Shown: positions 55,392-63,978 of the stretch, in pieces | Position numbering within the stretch: the first letter of the stretch is position 1 | Layout of the letters: each line of letters starts with the position of its first letter | Assembly: GCA_045133795.1 (NCBI GenBank) | Contig: JBGUUT010000115.1 | Span: 1 to 63,978, forward strand | Direction: 5' to 3' | DNA length: 63,978 nucleotides | DNA from: Spirochaetota bacterium | GTDB lineage: Bacteria; Spirochaetota; GWE2-31-10 | Notes under the pieces: model-generated | The model's database searches: none | What the model saw: only the letters and a program-made list of their open reading frames with translations | Told to the model about the DNA's origin: nothing | Made by a program: the position numbers and the translations under genes

Positions 55392-56183
55392 ATGACGCCG
55401 TCAGAATTTGCAGCAGATTATAATTCACTTTTAAATGATTGTCTTGATTTCTTTACGGACGGAATGCGAAGTGAACATCAAGTGTTTGATTTTTCGCCGT
55501 GGGATAATGAAGATGAATCGGAAAAAGTTGCAGTTTCGGAGAAGATTGAAGAATCAGTACAGACTGTGTACAAGCCAATGAATACGGTGATTGAAAAAAC
55601 TGCAGCGAATATTTCACCAGCTGCAAAAAGTAATACTTTGGCAATGATTGAAACCGGACGAAAAATCTTGAAATGTCAGGCGTGCGTGCTTCATAAAAAT
55701 TCTGCGACACGCTTTCCCGGTTGCGGTGCAGTTTCTTCGAAGATTTTCCTTATAGCCGAACCTGTAACTCCGACGGAAGAAAAAGAACGTTATGCGTTGT
55801 CCGGAGCAGTGCGAGCTTTTTTTGATAAATGGTTGGCTTCAATAGGACTTTCGGAAGATGATTTGTTTGTAACGAATATTTTGAAATGTTGTTTAGGTAA
55901 TACTCGGCCGTCGGTAGAAATGATAGATACGTGTCGAGAACATTTAAACACGCAGATTGAATTGGTAAATCCGAAAGTTATCGTAACGCTCGGACAATTA
56001 CCGCTTTCATCGCTAAAACGTGCCGGAGTGAATTTGTTGGCAGAACATGGAAAAATAATAAAATATAATGAAAGAATTGTGTTTCCGTTATTTTCTCCGG
56101 CGTTGGTTTTGGCAAATCCTCAATTAAAAGGTCCGCTTTGGGAAGACCTTAAAAAATTAAAATCAATGCTTGGCTCTTCATGA
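55392..56183 (+). CDS. uracil-DNA glycosylase superfamily protein, family-4-like with divergent catalytic motifs
   Basis: Aligns by eye to family-4 UDG: 'CQACVLHK' (CxxC), 'VTNILKCC', 'IDTCREHL', 'VTLGQLP' and 'FPLFSPALVLANP'. Canonical GE(A/G)PG reads 'AEPVTP' and HP(A/S) reads 'SPA'. Confidence 0.6.
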   Translation: MTPSEFAADYNSLLNDCLDFFTDGMRSEHQVFDFSPWDNEDESEKVAVSEKIEESVQTVYKPMNTVIEKTAANISPAAKSNTLAMIETGRKILKCQACVLHKNSATRFPGCGAVSSKIFLIAEPVTPTEEKERYALSGAVRAFFDKWLASIGLSEDDLFVTNILKCCLGNTRPSVEMIDTCREHLNTQIELVNPKVIVTLGQLPLSSLKRAGVNLLAEHGKIIKYNERIVFPLFSPALVLANPQLKGPLWEDLKKLKSMLGSS

Positions 56184-58165
56184 AATATGTAGAGATTGCC
56201 CTTGCAGTTCCTTTAGACAGGACTTTTACTTATGCAGTGACGACGGAACAAAATCCGGATAATGTATCGCTTATCGGGCGAAGAGTTCTTGTCAATTTTC
56301 ATAATCGCAAACTTATCGGATATGTTGTAAATGAAAGCGATACAACGGACAGTACTTATCAAATAAAAAATGTGGAAAAGGTAATTGATGAAGCACCGAT
56401 TTTTTATCCTTTTATGAAGAAGTTTGCAGAATGGATTGCTTCATATTATTTTTGTTCTGTCGGTGAAGCGTTGTCATTAATGATTCCGCGTGGGATTCGT
56501 CCGAAAAAACTTCCGGTTTTACCGCCGAGAACTTCTTTGCCGACAACACTAACTCCGGAGCAGCAAGCAGCTTATGACGGAATCAAAAATGATTTGCAGC
56601 ATGGGCAAAAGATGTTTTACCTGTATGGAATCACCGGCTCCGGGAAAACCGAAGTTTATATAAAGTTGATGGAAGATACTCTTGCTGCCGGAAAAAGTGT
56701 GATTTTTCTTGTTCCGGAAATAGCTATGAGTTATCAAACATTGGAACGATTACAGGCTCGATTCGGCAATCAATGTGCCGTTTTGCATTCCGGATTAACC
56801 GGAAGTATGCGGTTGGGGGAATATCTGCGATTGTTTAACGGCGAAGCTCGAGTTGCCGTCGGTCCCAGAAGTGCTCTTTTTGCTCCGTTGCCGGATACAG
56901 GGTTGATAATAATTGATGAAGAACATGACAATGCTTATAAGTCGGACGAATCGCCTCGTTTTCAGGCGAGAAGTGCGGCATTTCATCTTGCAAAAATGAT
57001 GAATGCTGCGGTAGTTCTTGGTTCGGCGACGCCGTCTGTGGAGTCTTGGTTTCATGCACAAAAAGGTTTTTTAAAATTGTATACTCTTTCGCAACGTTAT
57101 CAAGGTGCAATGTTGCCGGAAGTGAAAATTATAGACACATCAATGCTGGCACAGGAGCGAATTTTATCATCGGAAATGGCAAGTGAGATAAATCGACGGC
57201 TTCAAAACGGCGAACAAGTTTTGTTGTTGCAGAACAGACGCGGTTTTTCCAGTTGTTTGCAATGTTCCGCATGTAAAACCGTAATCGAATGTCCCAGATG
57301 TTCGGTGAATCTTACGTATCATCAAGTTAAAAAGAAATTAGTTTGTCACAGATGCGGTTATACCAGCGGGATTCCGACAACTTGTCCGGATTGCGGCGAA
57401 AAAAAGTTTAAAAAAATTGGTGCGGGAACAGAAAGAGTCGAAGATGAAGTTCGCAGAACTTTTGCCGGCTTTGAACTTGTTCGTATAGATTATGATACAG
57501 TTCAAAAATCTAAAAATTTACAGGAAACATTCAGGCGTATTTCCGACGGAGAAATAAAGATTATCATCGGAACTCAAATTATTGCGAAAGGATTACATTT
57601 TCCGGGAATAAAGTTTGTAGGAATTATTAATGCGGATTTGTTTTTGAATATTCCGGATTTTAAATCTGCAGAACGTGCTTTTGCATTAATAACTCAAGCT
57701 GCCGGACGAGCTGGGCGTGAAGGTGAGCGAGGTTTGGTAATGGTGCAGACGATAAATCCCGATCACTATGCCATTTCGATAAAAGACGGTTTCGGGACGT
57801 TTTATACAAATGAAATATTTTATAGAGAAGCAACGGAAATGCCGCCGTTTTTTAGATTGATACGGCTGGTAGTGCGTTCGGCAGATGAAAATACGGCGAA
57901 GAATGAGTGTGATAAATTACGCCGATTACTTGATTGGCTTTTGGAAACAATGCCGAATCAAGAAGAACGAAACAGTATAGAAATTATGGGGGCGGCTCCG
58001 TGTCTTCTTACACGTATTAATAATAATTTTCGCTATCATATTTTACTAAAGTCAAAAAACTTGCAATCGATAAGAAAAATAGTTAAGCAGATGACAAAAA
58101 AAATGGAACGGTTGCCAAAAAATTCTTATTTGGAAATTGATACTGATCCGACAGACTTATTTTAA
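56180..58165 (+). CDS. priA: primosomal replication-restart helicase PriA
   Basis: 'LYGITGSGKTEVY', 'IIIDEEHD', the Cys-rich insertion 'CSACKTVIECPRCSVNLTYH....LVCHRCGY......CPDCG', and 'AGRAGR'. ATGA overlap with the UDG-like gene. Confidence 0.92.
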   Translation: MKYVEIALAVPLDRTFTYAVTTEQNPDNVSLIGRRVLVNFHNRKLIGYVVNESDTTDSTYQIKNVEKVIDEAPIFYPFMKKFAEWIASYYFCSVGEALSLMIPRGIRPKKLPVLPPRTSLPTTLTPEQQAAYDGIKNDLQHGQKMFYLYGITGSGKTEVYIKLMEDTLAAGKSVIFLVPEIAMSYQTLERLQARFGNQCAVLHSGLTGSMRLGEYLRLFNGEARVAVGPRSALFAPLPDTGLIIIDEEHDNAYKSDESPRFQARSAAFHLAKMMNAAVVLGSATPSVESWFHAQKGFLKLYTLSQRYQGAMLPEVKIIDTSMLAQERILSSEMASEINRRLQNGEQVLLLQNRRGFSSCLQCSACKTVIECPRCSVNLTYHQVKKKLVCHRCGYTSGIPTTCPDCGEKKFKKIGAGTERVEDEVRRTFAGFELVRIDYDTVQKSKNLQETFRRISDGEIKIIIGTQIIAKGLHFPGIKFVGIINADLFLNIPDFKSAERAFALITQAAGRAGREGERGLVMVQTINPDHYAISIKDGFGTFYTNEIFYREATEMPPFFRLIRLVVRSADENTAKNECDKLRRLLDWLLETMPNQEERNSIEIMGAAPCLLTRINNNFRYHILLKSKNLQSIRKIVKQMTKKMERLPKNSYLEIDTDPTDLF

Positions 58166-58190
58166 TTCAGCGTGTTTTTTGGAGATATAG

Positions 58191-60239
58191 ATGAGAAATA
58201 TTTGGACAATATTTATTTTGATATTACTGACCTGTTGTTGCGGTAAAAAGGAAGATGTTGCAGATAATAAAGAATCTCATGTAGTATTGGAAGGGACTGT
58301 TACGAGCAGTCGTTTTTACAGTAATAACAGCTTTTTTAATGAAGATACGGTAGCAAAAACTTTTGCAGAAAATGAACTTGATTTTTGGATATTGGTAGAG
58401 CAAAGCAGACAAGGCAATATGCCGTATCCTCAAAAGTTTATTAAGAATATCAAGGCGTTAGGTAAGAAATGTTTTAACAAACAAGATTTGTTGTTTATGT
58501 CATTACCGGAATTTTATGAAGATATTCAAGAAAATGATATTGCATTTTATTTTCCTACAATCCGTGATGTTCCGACGGCTCCGGTGTCATCGTTTATACG
58601 TGAAATGGACAGAAAGATTTTATTCGGAACGGCATCTACCGGATTTGACGGAAAAGTTTCCGGATATCTTGATGAATATCGTGATTATTTAGACCGCGGT
58701 TTTATTTTCGGAACTTTTCAAGCGTCAAATTTATTGGGGCCGGATTGGAAAATTCAAAACTCTCCTCGTTTTTGTGTTATTGCAACAGAGCGAACTCCCG
58801 AAGCTTTGCAAACAGCGTTGAAAGAACGTCATACATTTGTTTCTTTTGAAAAAGGAACGCAGATGTTGATGAATATTGAAGATGCTCAAATCGGCGATAT
58901 TTTAGAAACTGCAATGGATAAAACATCTTTTGCATATCATTGGCGTGTTACATCGGATTCGTTGCCTTTGGGAAAGGTTGAACTTGTTACGAATAACGGT
59001 CAGGTTCTTACGGAGACACAAGCGAGTGAGCAATCTGAAAATCAATTTTTAGAGGGAAGCGGATTTGTGAATCTGGACAGAGCGTTTCAATATGTGATGT
59101 TAGTTGCATATTTTGAAAACGGTCACATGGCGTATTCTACGCCGATATGGATTCGAAAAAAGCAAAGTATTATGGTGAGTAATATTTTGGCAGAAAATGA
59201 AAATCCACACATCAGTAAATCACCGAAAGTAATTTCATTTACGATTTCAAATATTTCTCCGACAACACTTTCCGGAATAAAAGTGCGTTTCTTGGATAAT
59301 AAAGGCGGTTGTGTTTATGAAGAAAAGTTAACTTTGAACGGGAGAAGTGACCATAAAATTAAGCGAAAGTTAAATTCGGAAAACAGTGAAATTACGGAAT
59401 TACGAATAGAAACGAGTATAGATAATGAGATTTTTACTTGCGATACGGTAGCTTTGCCGAAAATGCAACAATATAAAATTTTAGTCGATGCAACACATCA
59501 AAATAAATATACGGAAAATCTTAATTCGTTAAAGAAAATGATGGAAAACAGCGGAGCTTTATTTTCGATTTCAACGGATGGAACTCCTTTTATGAAAGAT
59601 TCCATTTTGCAAGACTATGATTTGGTGATTCTAACTCCGCCGCAGTTTATTTCTGATAATGTAAATTATGAAGTGAATTTTTCGTATGCTTTACATCGCT
59701 TTGTTTATCGCGGAGGAGCGTTGATTATTGCAGCTGACGGACGAGATGAAACTAAAGCACGTGCGGCGGTGACATATTACAATCGTTTATTAAGAATTTT
59801 ATATTCTCCGGTACGTTTTCGTTATACGACGTCGGTAGGTTTTTTCCGGATTTATGATGAGGAAAATTATTTTCATGATTCGGAAATGCCGTTGTTTACT
59901 GCTTTTAATCGCAGTGTTTACGGACAAGATTTGGAGTCTATTTATTTACCTTGTCCGGTAGAATTGATTGCGTCTTCCAATTACGGCGAGATTTATCCGA
60001 TGCAGGCATACAATACAATCTCATTGGTACAATTATCTGCATCGACAAAAATAAAAAACAGACGCCTTGATTTGTCGCAAAATAAAAATCGTTCGGTTGC
60101 AGTTATAACAGGGTTCGGGAAAGGGAAAATTTGTATTTTATCAGGTATGAATTTCAGTGATTATGATATTGACCATCTCGATAATAAACAATGGATTTAT
60201 AAGACAATACGTCATTTACTCGGAATAAAGGAGAAATAA
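58191..60239 (+). CDS. large hypothetical lipoprotein
   Basis: Lipobox 'LILLTCC'. No confident domain. The C-terminal 'ILVDATHQN...YDLVILTPPQ...YRGGALIIAADG' hints at a class-I-amidotransferase-like/DUF4350-type fold. Confidence 0.5.
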   Translation: MRNIWTIFILILLTCCCGKKEDVADNKESHVVLEGTVTSSRFYSNNSFFNEDTVAKTFAENELDFWILVEQSRQGNMPYPQKFIKNIKALGKKCFNKQDLLFMSLPEFYEDIQENDIAFYFPTIRDVPTAPVSSFIREMDRKILFGTASTGFDGKVSGYLDEYRDYLDRGFIFGTFQASNLLGPDWKIQNSPRFCVIATERTPEALQTALKERHTFVSFEKGTQMLMNIEDAQIGDILETAMDKTSFAYHWRVTSDSLPLGKVELVTNNGQVLTETQASEQSENQFLEGSGFVNLDRAFQYVMLVAYFENGHMAYSTPIWIRKKQSIMVSNILAENENPHISKSPKVISFTISNISPTTLSGIKVRFLDNKGGCVYEEKLTLNGRSDHKIKRKLNSENSEITELRIETSIDNEIFTCDTVALPKMQQYKILVDATHQNKYTENLNSLKKMMENSGALFSISTDGTPFMKDSILQDYDLVILTPPQFISDNVNYEVNFSYALHRFVYRGGALIIAADGRDETKARAAVTYYNRLLRILYSPVRFRYTTSVGFFRIYDEENYFHDSEMPLFTAFNRSVYGQDLESIYLPCPVELIASSNYGEIYPMQAYNTISLVQLSASTKIKNRRLDLSQNKNRSVAVITGFGKGKICILSGMNFSDYDIDHLDNKQWIYKTIRHLLGIKEK

Positions 60240-60607
60240 TGCGTTTTACAAAGTTGCATCAATGGGTTGATGAAGTTGAGCCCGGGATTTTCAGAGTCGG
60301 GCTTTCATCTTTTGCGATAAAAGAATTAGGGGAAGTGGTTTATATTGACTTTTTGAAAAATCCGGGCGAAACGGTAGAAAATGCCGAACCGTTGGCTGAG
60401 ATTGAATCTCTTAAAAGTGTGAATTATTTTCAATCACCTTTTGCCGGTGAAATAATGGAAGTAAATGTTTCATTGCAAAAAGATACGTCGACGGTGAATA
60501 GAGATTCGGAAAGTACAGGTTGGTTATTTTCAATAAAAATTACAGAAAATACAAATATAGAATTGATGGATGAAAAAAAGTACAGAGAGTTTGCAATCGC
60601 AACTTAA
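60239..60607 (+). CDS. gcvH: glycine cleavage system H-like lipoyl-carrier protein
   Basis: 'FRVGLSSFAIKELGEVVYIDF' and 'LAEIESLKSVNYFQSPFAGEI' (lipoyl-Lys motif). 1-nt overlap with the upstream gene. Confidence 0.8.
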   Translation: MRFTKLHQWVDEVEPGIFRVGLSSFAIKELGEVVYIDFLKNPGETVENAEPLAEIESLKSVNYFQSPFAGEIMEVNVSLQKDTSTVNRDSESTGWLFSIKITENTNIELMDEKKYREFAIAT

Positions 60608-60640
60608 TTGATTTAATCCTTTAATTAAGGAGATGTACAA

Positions 60641-61531
60641 ATGAAAGGCTTTTTTTTGAAACAGATTTTATTAGTTTTGTTTTGTTTGATTATTTGTCCG
60701 GTTTTTTCTCAAGAGGGAAAGCTTGAAATGTTTAAACATTCCAGTGAGACTTATACATTGATGAAAAAGCGAACAATAAGTGTTTATTTGCCTAAAGCAT
60801 ATTTTCAGGAGAAAAATAAAGATAAAGAATTTCCGGTTTTGTACATGTTTGACGGTCAGAATTTGTGGGATAAAAAGACATCAGCATGGGGCGGATGGAA
60901 AGTAGAAACAGCAATGGAAAATCTTGTAAAAAAGAGAAAAATGTCGCCTTGTATTATTGTCGGAATTTCGTGCTCGATAAATCGAACAAAAGAATACGCC
61001 GGGTGGTGTGATAAATTGCCGGATGAAAAAGTTAGTGACCCGGAAAAATATAAGCAATATGCACGTGAACATAGATTGATGATTATAGAAGAAATTATTC
61101 CGCTAATTGAAAGTAAATACAGAGCAATTTCACATCGCAGCGGTCGTGTAATTGCCGGAAGTAGTTACGGAGCGTTTTTGGCTGCACATTTTGCGTCGGT
61201 TCATTCGGATATGTTTTGTGGTGCAGGATTATTTTCGGGCGGCAGCACTGGATTTGAGCAGATAATTGCAGAAGACGGTTTTAATTTTTCTGCAGAAAAT
61301 AAGGTTAGATTTTATATTGATTGCGGAACCGGAGATTTTTTGGAAAAAATATTACTTCCCGGAAGCAGAGATTTAAAAGATTACTTATTAACAAAAGGGT
61401 ATAAAATGGCAAAGTCTGCGAAAGATTCTAAAGCAGATTTGTTTTACCAGGAATGTGAAGGTGAGCCTCATAATGAAAAAGCGTGGTCTTTAAGAGTTCC
61501 TGCATTCTTGCAATTTATGTACGGAAAATAG
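60641..61531 (+). CDS. secreted alpha/beta-hydrolase of the 'putative esterase' (PF00756-like) family
   Basis: Signal peptide; 'VYLPKAY......FPVLYMFDGQN' and 'IAGSSYGAFLA' (GxSxG). Confidence 0.75.
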   Translation: MKGFFLKQILLVLFCLIICPVFSQEGKLEMFKHSSETYTLMKKRTISVYLPKAYFQEKNKDKEFPVLYMFDGQNLWDKKTSAWGGWKVETAMENLVKKRKMSPCIIVGISCSINRTKEYAGWCDKLPDEKVSDPEKYKQYAREHRLMIIEEIIPLIESKYRAISHRSGRVIAGSSYGAFLAAHFASVHSDMFCGAGLFSGGSTGFEQIIAEDGFNFSAENKVRFYIDCGTGDFLEKILLPGSRDLKDYLLTKGYKMAKSAKDSKADLFYQECEGEPHNEKAWSLRVPAFLQFMYGK

Positions 61532-61542
61532 AATAAATATAA

Positions 61543-61571
61543 AACGTACTTTTTTTGAAGTGCGTTTTTTT
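61543..61571 (+). terminator. rho-independent terminator after the esterase gene
   Basis: aacgtac-tttttttgaa-gtgcgtt stem (one G-T pair) followed by TTTTTTA. Confidence 0.6.
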
Positions 61572-61818
61572 ATTGCTAATATTTCTTTTCAGTAGAAGAC
61601 ATAAAAAGTTTTCTTTGCTTTTAAATAAAGTTCTTTGTTGTAATTATTTGTGAACAATATGGCTTTGACAAGGATTATCACAATCACGTAAATTTTAATG
61701 AAAATGCAATCGGTGAAAAATATTTTTTTATATTTTATTTAATTTTGTAATTTACAAAAACATAATCATAATTTATAGTCTTGAAGTTTATGATTATTTA
61801 AATTTAAAGGTGGATAAA

Positions 61819-63687
61819 ATGAGTGTAACTAATAAAAATTCAATAATTAAAGAATTTCCTAAGAGGTTATCCGTCTTTTTCTCTTTAATTTTCATTACCC
61901 CGATTTTGGCTGTATGGATAATACTTTCGAGTTTAAAGCTTTTCACTTTTATGGATAGTATAAAAACGCTTTTTACTCCGTTTATATTAGTGGCTTGTCT
62001 ATGTGTTGCCGGATATTTGTTCTTTTTGTATACCTTTTTTACACGGAAGATATATTCTTTCGATGGTTCGCAATCTAGTTTAGATGAAGTGAACAAGGCT
62101 GTAAAAAGATTTGAGACGATAACATTGGTTTCTGCAGTTTTGAATTCTTTTATACTTCCGATTATTGTTTCGATTGGCGGAAAGTTTGTGAATATTGATT
62201 TTCAGATTTTTCCTATTTTTACCGGTTGTATAGCGACAGTATTTTCATATTCTCTATTTTTTTATATTTGTTTTATGCAAACTTTAGAAGGACTTGTGTG
62301 TGAGCTTCCGTTTGAAGAAAAATATAAGGGAATGCCTTTTTTAATTAGAAATATTTTAGTAATGGCTGTTGGTGCCATCGGACTTATTGCTTATGCCGTT
62401 ACTCCAATATTTGTAAATAATTTAAAAGATCTTCCGGTTATGAAGTTATTTTTGACTTATATTTTCCCGAGTACCCTTTTTGGTCTGGTAATGCTTCTTT
62501 TGGATTCTTTTGTTCAGAGTCGAGGAACGGTAAAACGTATAAACGATTTAAAGTTTTTTTCCGATTCGATAGCTCAAAAAGATTATGCTGATAAGAAAAT
62601 AACAATTCGAAGTCGTGACGAATTTGGATTATTAGCAAAAGACTTGAATGTATTTCACGATGTAACTAGAGATATGCTTTTGCAAATTGATGAGACGGTT
62701 TTGGAATCATTGAAGAATGCAGACGGTCTTTCAACAAGCATGAATCAAACATCGGGAATTGTGGATGATATTGTTGAAAATGTGAATTCGATAAAAGATA
62801 AAATAGCCGGTCAATCAAAAGTCGTTGATGAATCGTATTTTACGATAAATGAAATGATTAAGAAAATTGAAGGATTAAATAATAGTGTTGAAATTCAAGT
62901 TTCCGGAATTGCAAATTCTTCGGCAGCAGTAGAAGAAATGGTGCAGAATATTCGTTCTGTTACGGAAATTTTGGAAAGAAATTCCGATACGGTAACTTCT
63001 TTAGGAAAAGAATCAGAAACCGGTCGTCAAAAAATATATGAATCAGTAAAGTTGGCGGAAACAATTATAGAGCATTCTGCCGGATTATTAGAAGCGACAT
63101 CGATTATTCAAAATATTGCATCTCAAACAAATTTATTGGCAATGAATGCTGCTATTGAAGCTGCTCATGCCGGGGAGTCAGGAAAAGGTTTTGCTGTAGT
63201 TGCAGATGAAATCAGAAAGTTGGCGGAGCAATCTAATACGCAAGGAAAGGTAATCAGTGTTCAGTTGAAAGAATTACAAAGTGTTATTAATAGTGTGGTT
63301 GAAAATACAAAAGATGTTCAGACTCAGTTTGATGTAATTTTTGATTTGACAAATTCTGTTCAACAGCAAGAAAGTATTATCAAAAATGCGATGGAAGAAC
63401 AAACTGAAGGTAGTAATCAAGTTTTACAATCTATCAGTGATATTCAGAGTTCAACTGAAATTGTTAAAAATAATGCTGAGGTATTGTTTGAAGGCGGAAA
63501 AGAGATTGTTAATGAAATGGGCATTTTGGCTAATGAATCTTCAGAGATTAATTGTGCAATAAATGTTATTGTTTCTGGAACAGAACAAATTTCTGATGCA
63601 GTAAAAAAAGTAACAGTGGATTCAGAGCAAAATAAAGCAAGTTTAAATGAAGTTCACAGAAAGGTTTCAGAATTTAAGCTGTTGTAA
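61819..63687 (+). CDS. methyl-accepting chemotaxis protein with polytopic (about 6 TM) N-terminal module and HAMP
   Basis: Signalling hairpin '[40 protein letters not shown]'; HAMP '[16 protein letters not shown]'. ATG at 61819 follows AAAGGTGG (the ORF track starts at GTG 61810). Confidence 0.9.
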   Translation: MSVTNKNSIIKEFPKRLSVFFSLIFITPILAVWIILSSLKLFTFMDSIKTLFTPFILVACLCVAGYLFFLYTFFTRKIYSFDGSQSSLDEVNKAVKRFETITLVSAVLNSFILPIIVSIGGKFVNIDFQIFPIFTGCIATVFSYSLFFYICFMQTLEGLVCELPFEEKYKGMPFLIRNILVMAVGAIGLIAYAVTPIFVNNLKDLPVMKLFLTYIFPSTLFGLVMLLLDSFVQSRGTVKRINDLKFFSDSIAQKDYADKKITIRSRDEFGLLAKDLNVFHDVTRDMLLQIDETVLESLKNADGLSTSMNQTSGIVDDIVENVNSIKDKIAGQSKVVDESYFTINEMIKKIEGLNNSVEIQVSGIANSSAAVEEMVQNIRSVTEILERNSDTVTSLGKESETGRQKIYESVKLAETIIEHSAGLLEATSIIQNIASQTNLLAMNAAIEAAHAGESGKGFAVVADEIRKLAEQSNTQGKVISVQLKELQSVINSVVENTKDVQTQFDVIFDLTNSVQQQESIIKNAMEEQTEGSNQVLQSISDIQSSTEIVKNNAEVLFEGGKEIVNEMGILANESSEINCAINVIVSGTEQISDAVKKVTVDSEQNKASLNEVHRKVSEFKLL

Positions 63688-63978
63688 AAAAAAGTTGATA
63701 ACTTTAGTAAAGTTTATTAAATAAATAACGATAACTGTTTTTGTGTTCGTTTTTCAGTATTTTGTAGATTAAATTGAGTTTGTCTGGGCTGTTAGATTGA
63801 TTCTTCAGTTTGGATTTGGTTGAAGTTTGATTTAAAAAATGAAAAATGCGGCATTTTAAGAACTTAAAAAAAGTTCTTGACAGTAAGCTTAAAAAGATGT
63901 AAAAGTCGGTTCGCTGCGGTGCACGAGAGAGAAACTTGTGAGTAGCAAAGACTAAATAGTTCATTGACATTATATAGA

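Noticed and set aside
63704-63970. 88-aa minus-strand ORF at the right edge
   Set aside because: It is an AT-rich, Lys/Phe/Leu/Asn-rich translation with no SD. It overlaps promoter-like and hairpin elements. I judge it probably non-coding.
1-63978. Search for CRISPR arrays, IS elements, transposases, integrases, toxin-antitoxin pairs and classical defence genes
   Set aside because: None was recognised by eye. The only long DNA repeats are the intragenic tandem duplications in the lipoprotein gene. RadC and the XRE regulator occur singly, without partner genes.

Overview
This 63,978-bp window looks like chromosomal DNA from a low-GC diderm bacterium, about one-third G+C by eye. The gene content points to a spirochaete of the Treponema type, but that assignment is inference only. 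Supporting genes include a FliG paralogue with an N-terminal extension, a methyl-accepting chemotaxis protein, many Cys-lipobox lipoproteins, a Listeria-Bacteroides-repeat surface protein, ExbB-ExbD-TonB, a CorC/TlyC-type protein and tpiA-secG.

The window is densely coding. I call 62 CDSs and one tRNA-Asn(GTT). I saw no rRNA gene, CRISPR array, transposase or integrase.

Most genes are housekeeping:
- zur-znuACB, with a near-consensus Fur-type box
- thrC, proC-hisA-hisF, leuA, ndk and tpiA-secG
- acpP-rnc-ispG, aroK, murC, priA and gcvH
- a DEAD-box helicase, radC, tatD and a Dus-family enzyme
- signalling proteins: degenerate GGDEF-EAL, HAMP-PP2C, a soluble histidine kinase and an MCP

The most unusual locus is 27.9-32.7 kb on the minus strand. 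A tightly overlapping cassette appears welded onto the 3' end of tpiA-secG. It encodes a dedicated ACP, a full ketosynthase, a Cys-less KS-like (chain-length-factor-type) protein, an adenylate-forming ligase and a small possible alpha/beta-hydrolase. No reductive, dehydratase or export genes are nearby. Directly downstream is a separately promoted and terminated gene for a 115-aa protein that is about 69% Asp/Glu, followed by exbB-exbD-tonB.

Other notable items:
- a 973-aa repeat-built surface lipoprotein containing two long, near-identical tandem DNA duplications
- a Fur-box-like operator upstream of zur
- a perfect 16-bp palindrome over the acpP transcription start region
- a UDG family-4-like protein that keeps its Fe-S cysteines but has altered catalytic motifs, coupled to priA
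- a degenerate LytM (M23) factor
- a SecG with a long C-terminal extension
- a candidate leaderless antiporter mRNA

All functional calls rest on motif recognition by eye. No database search was possible.
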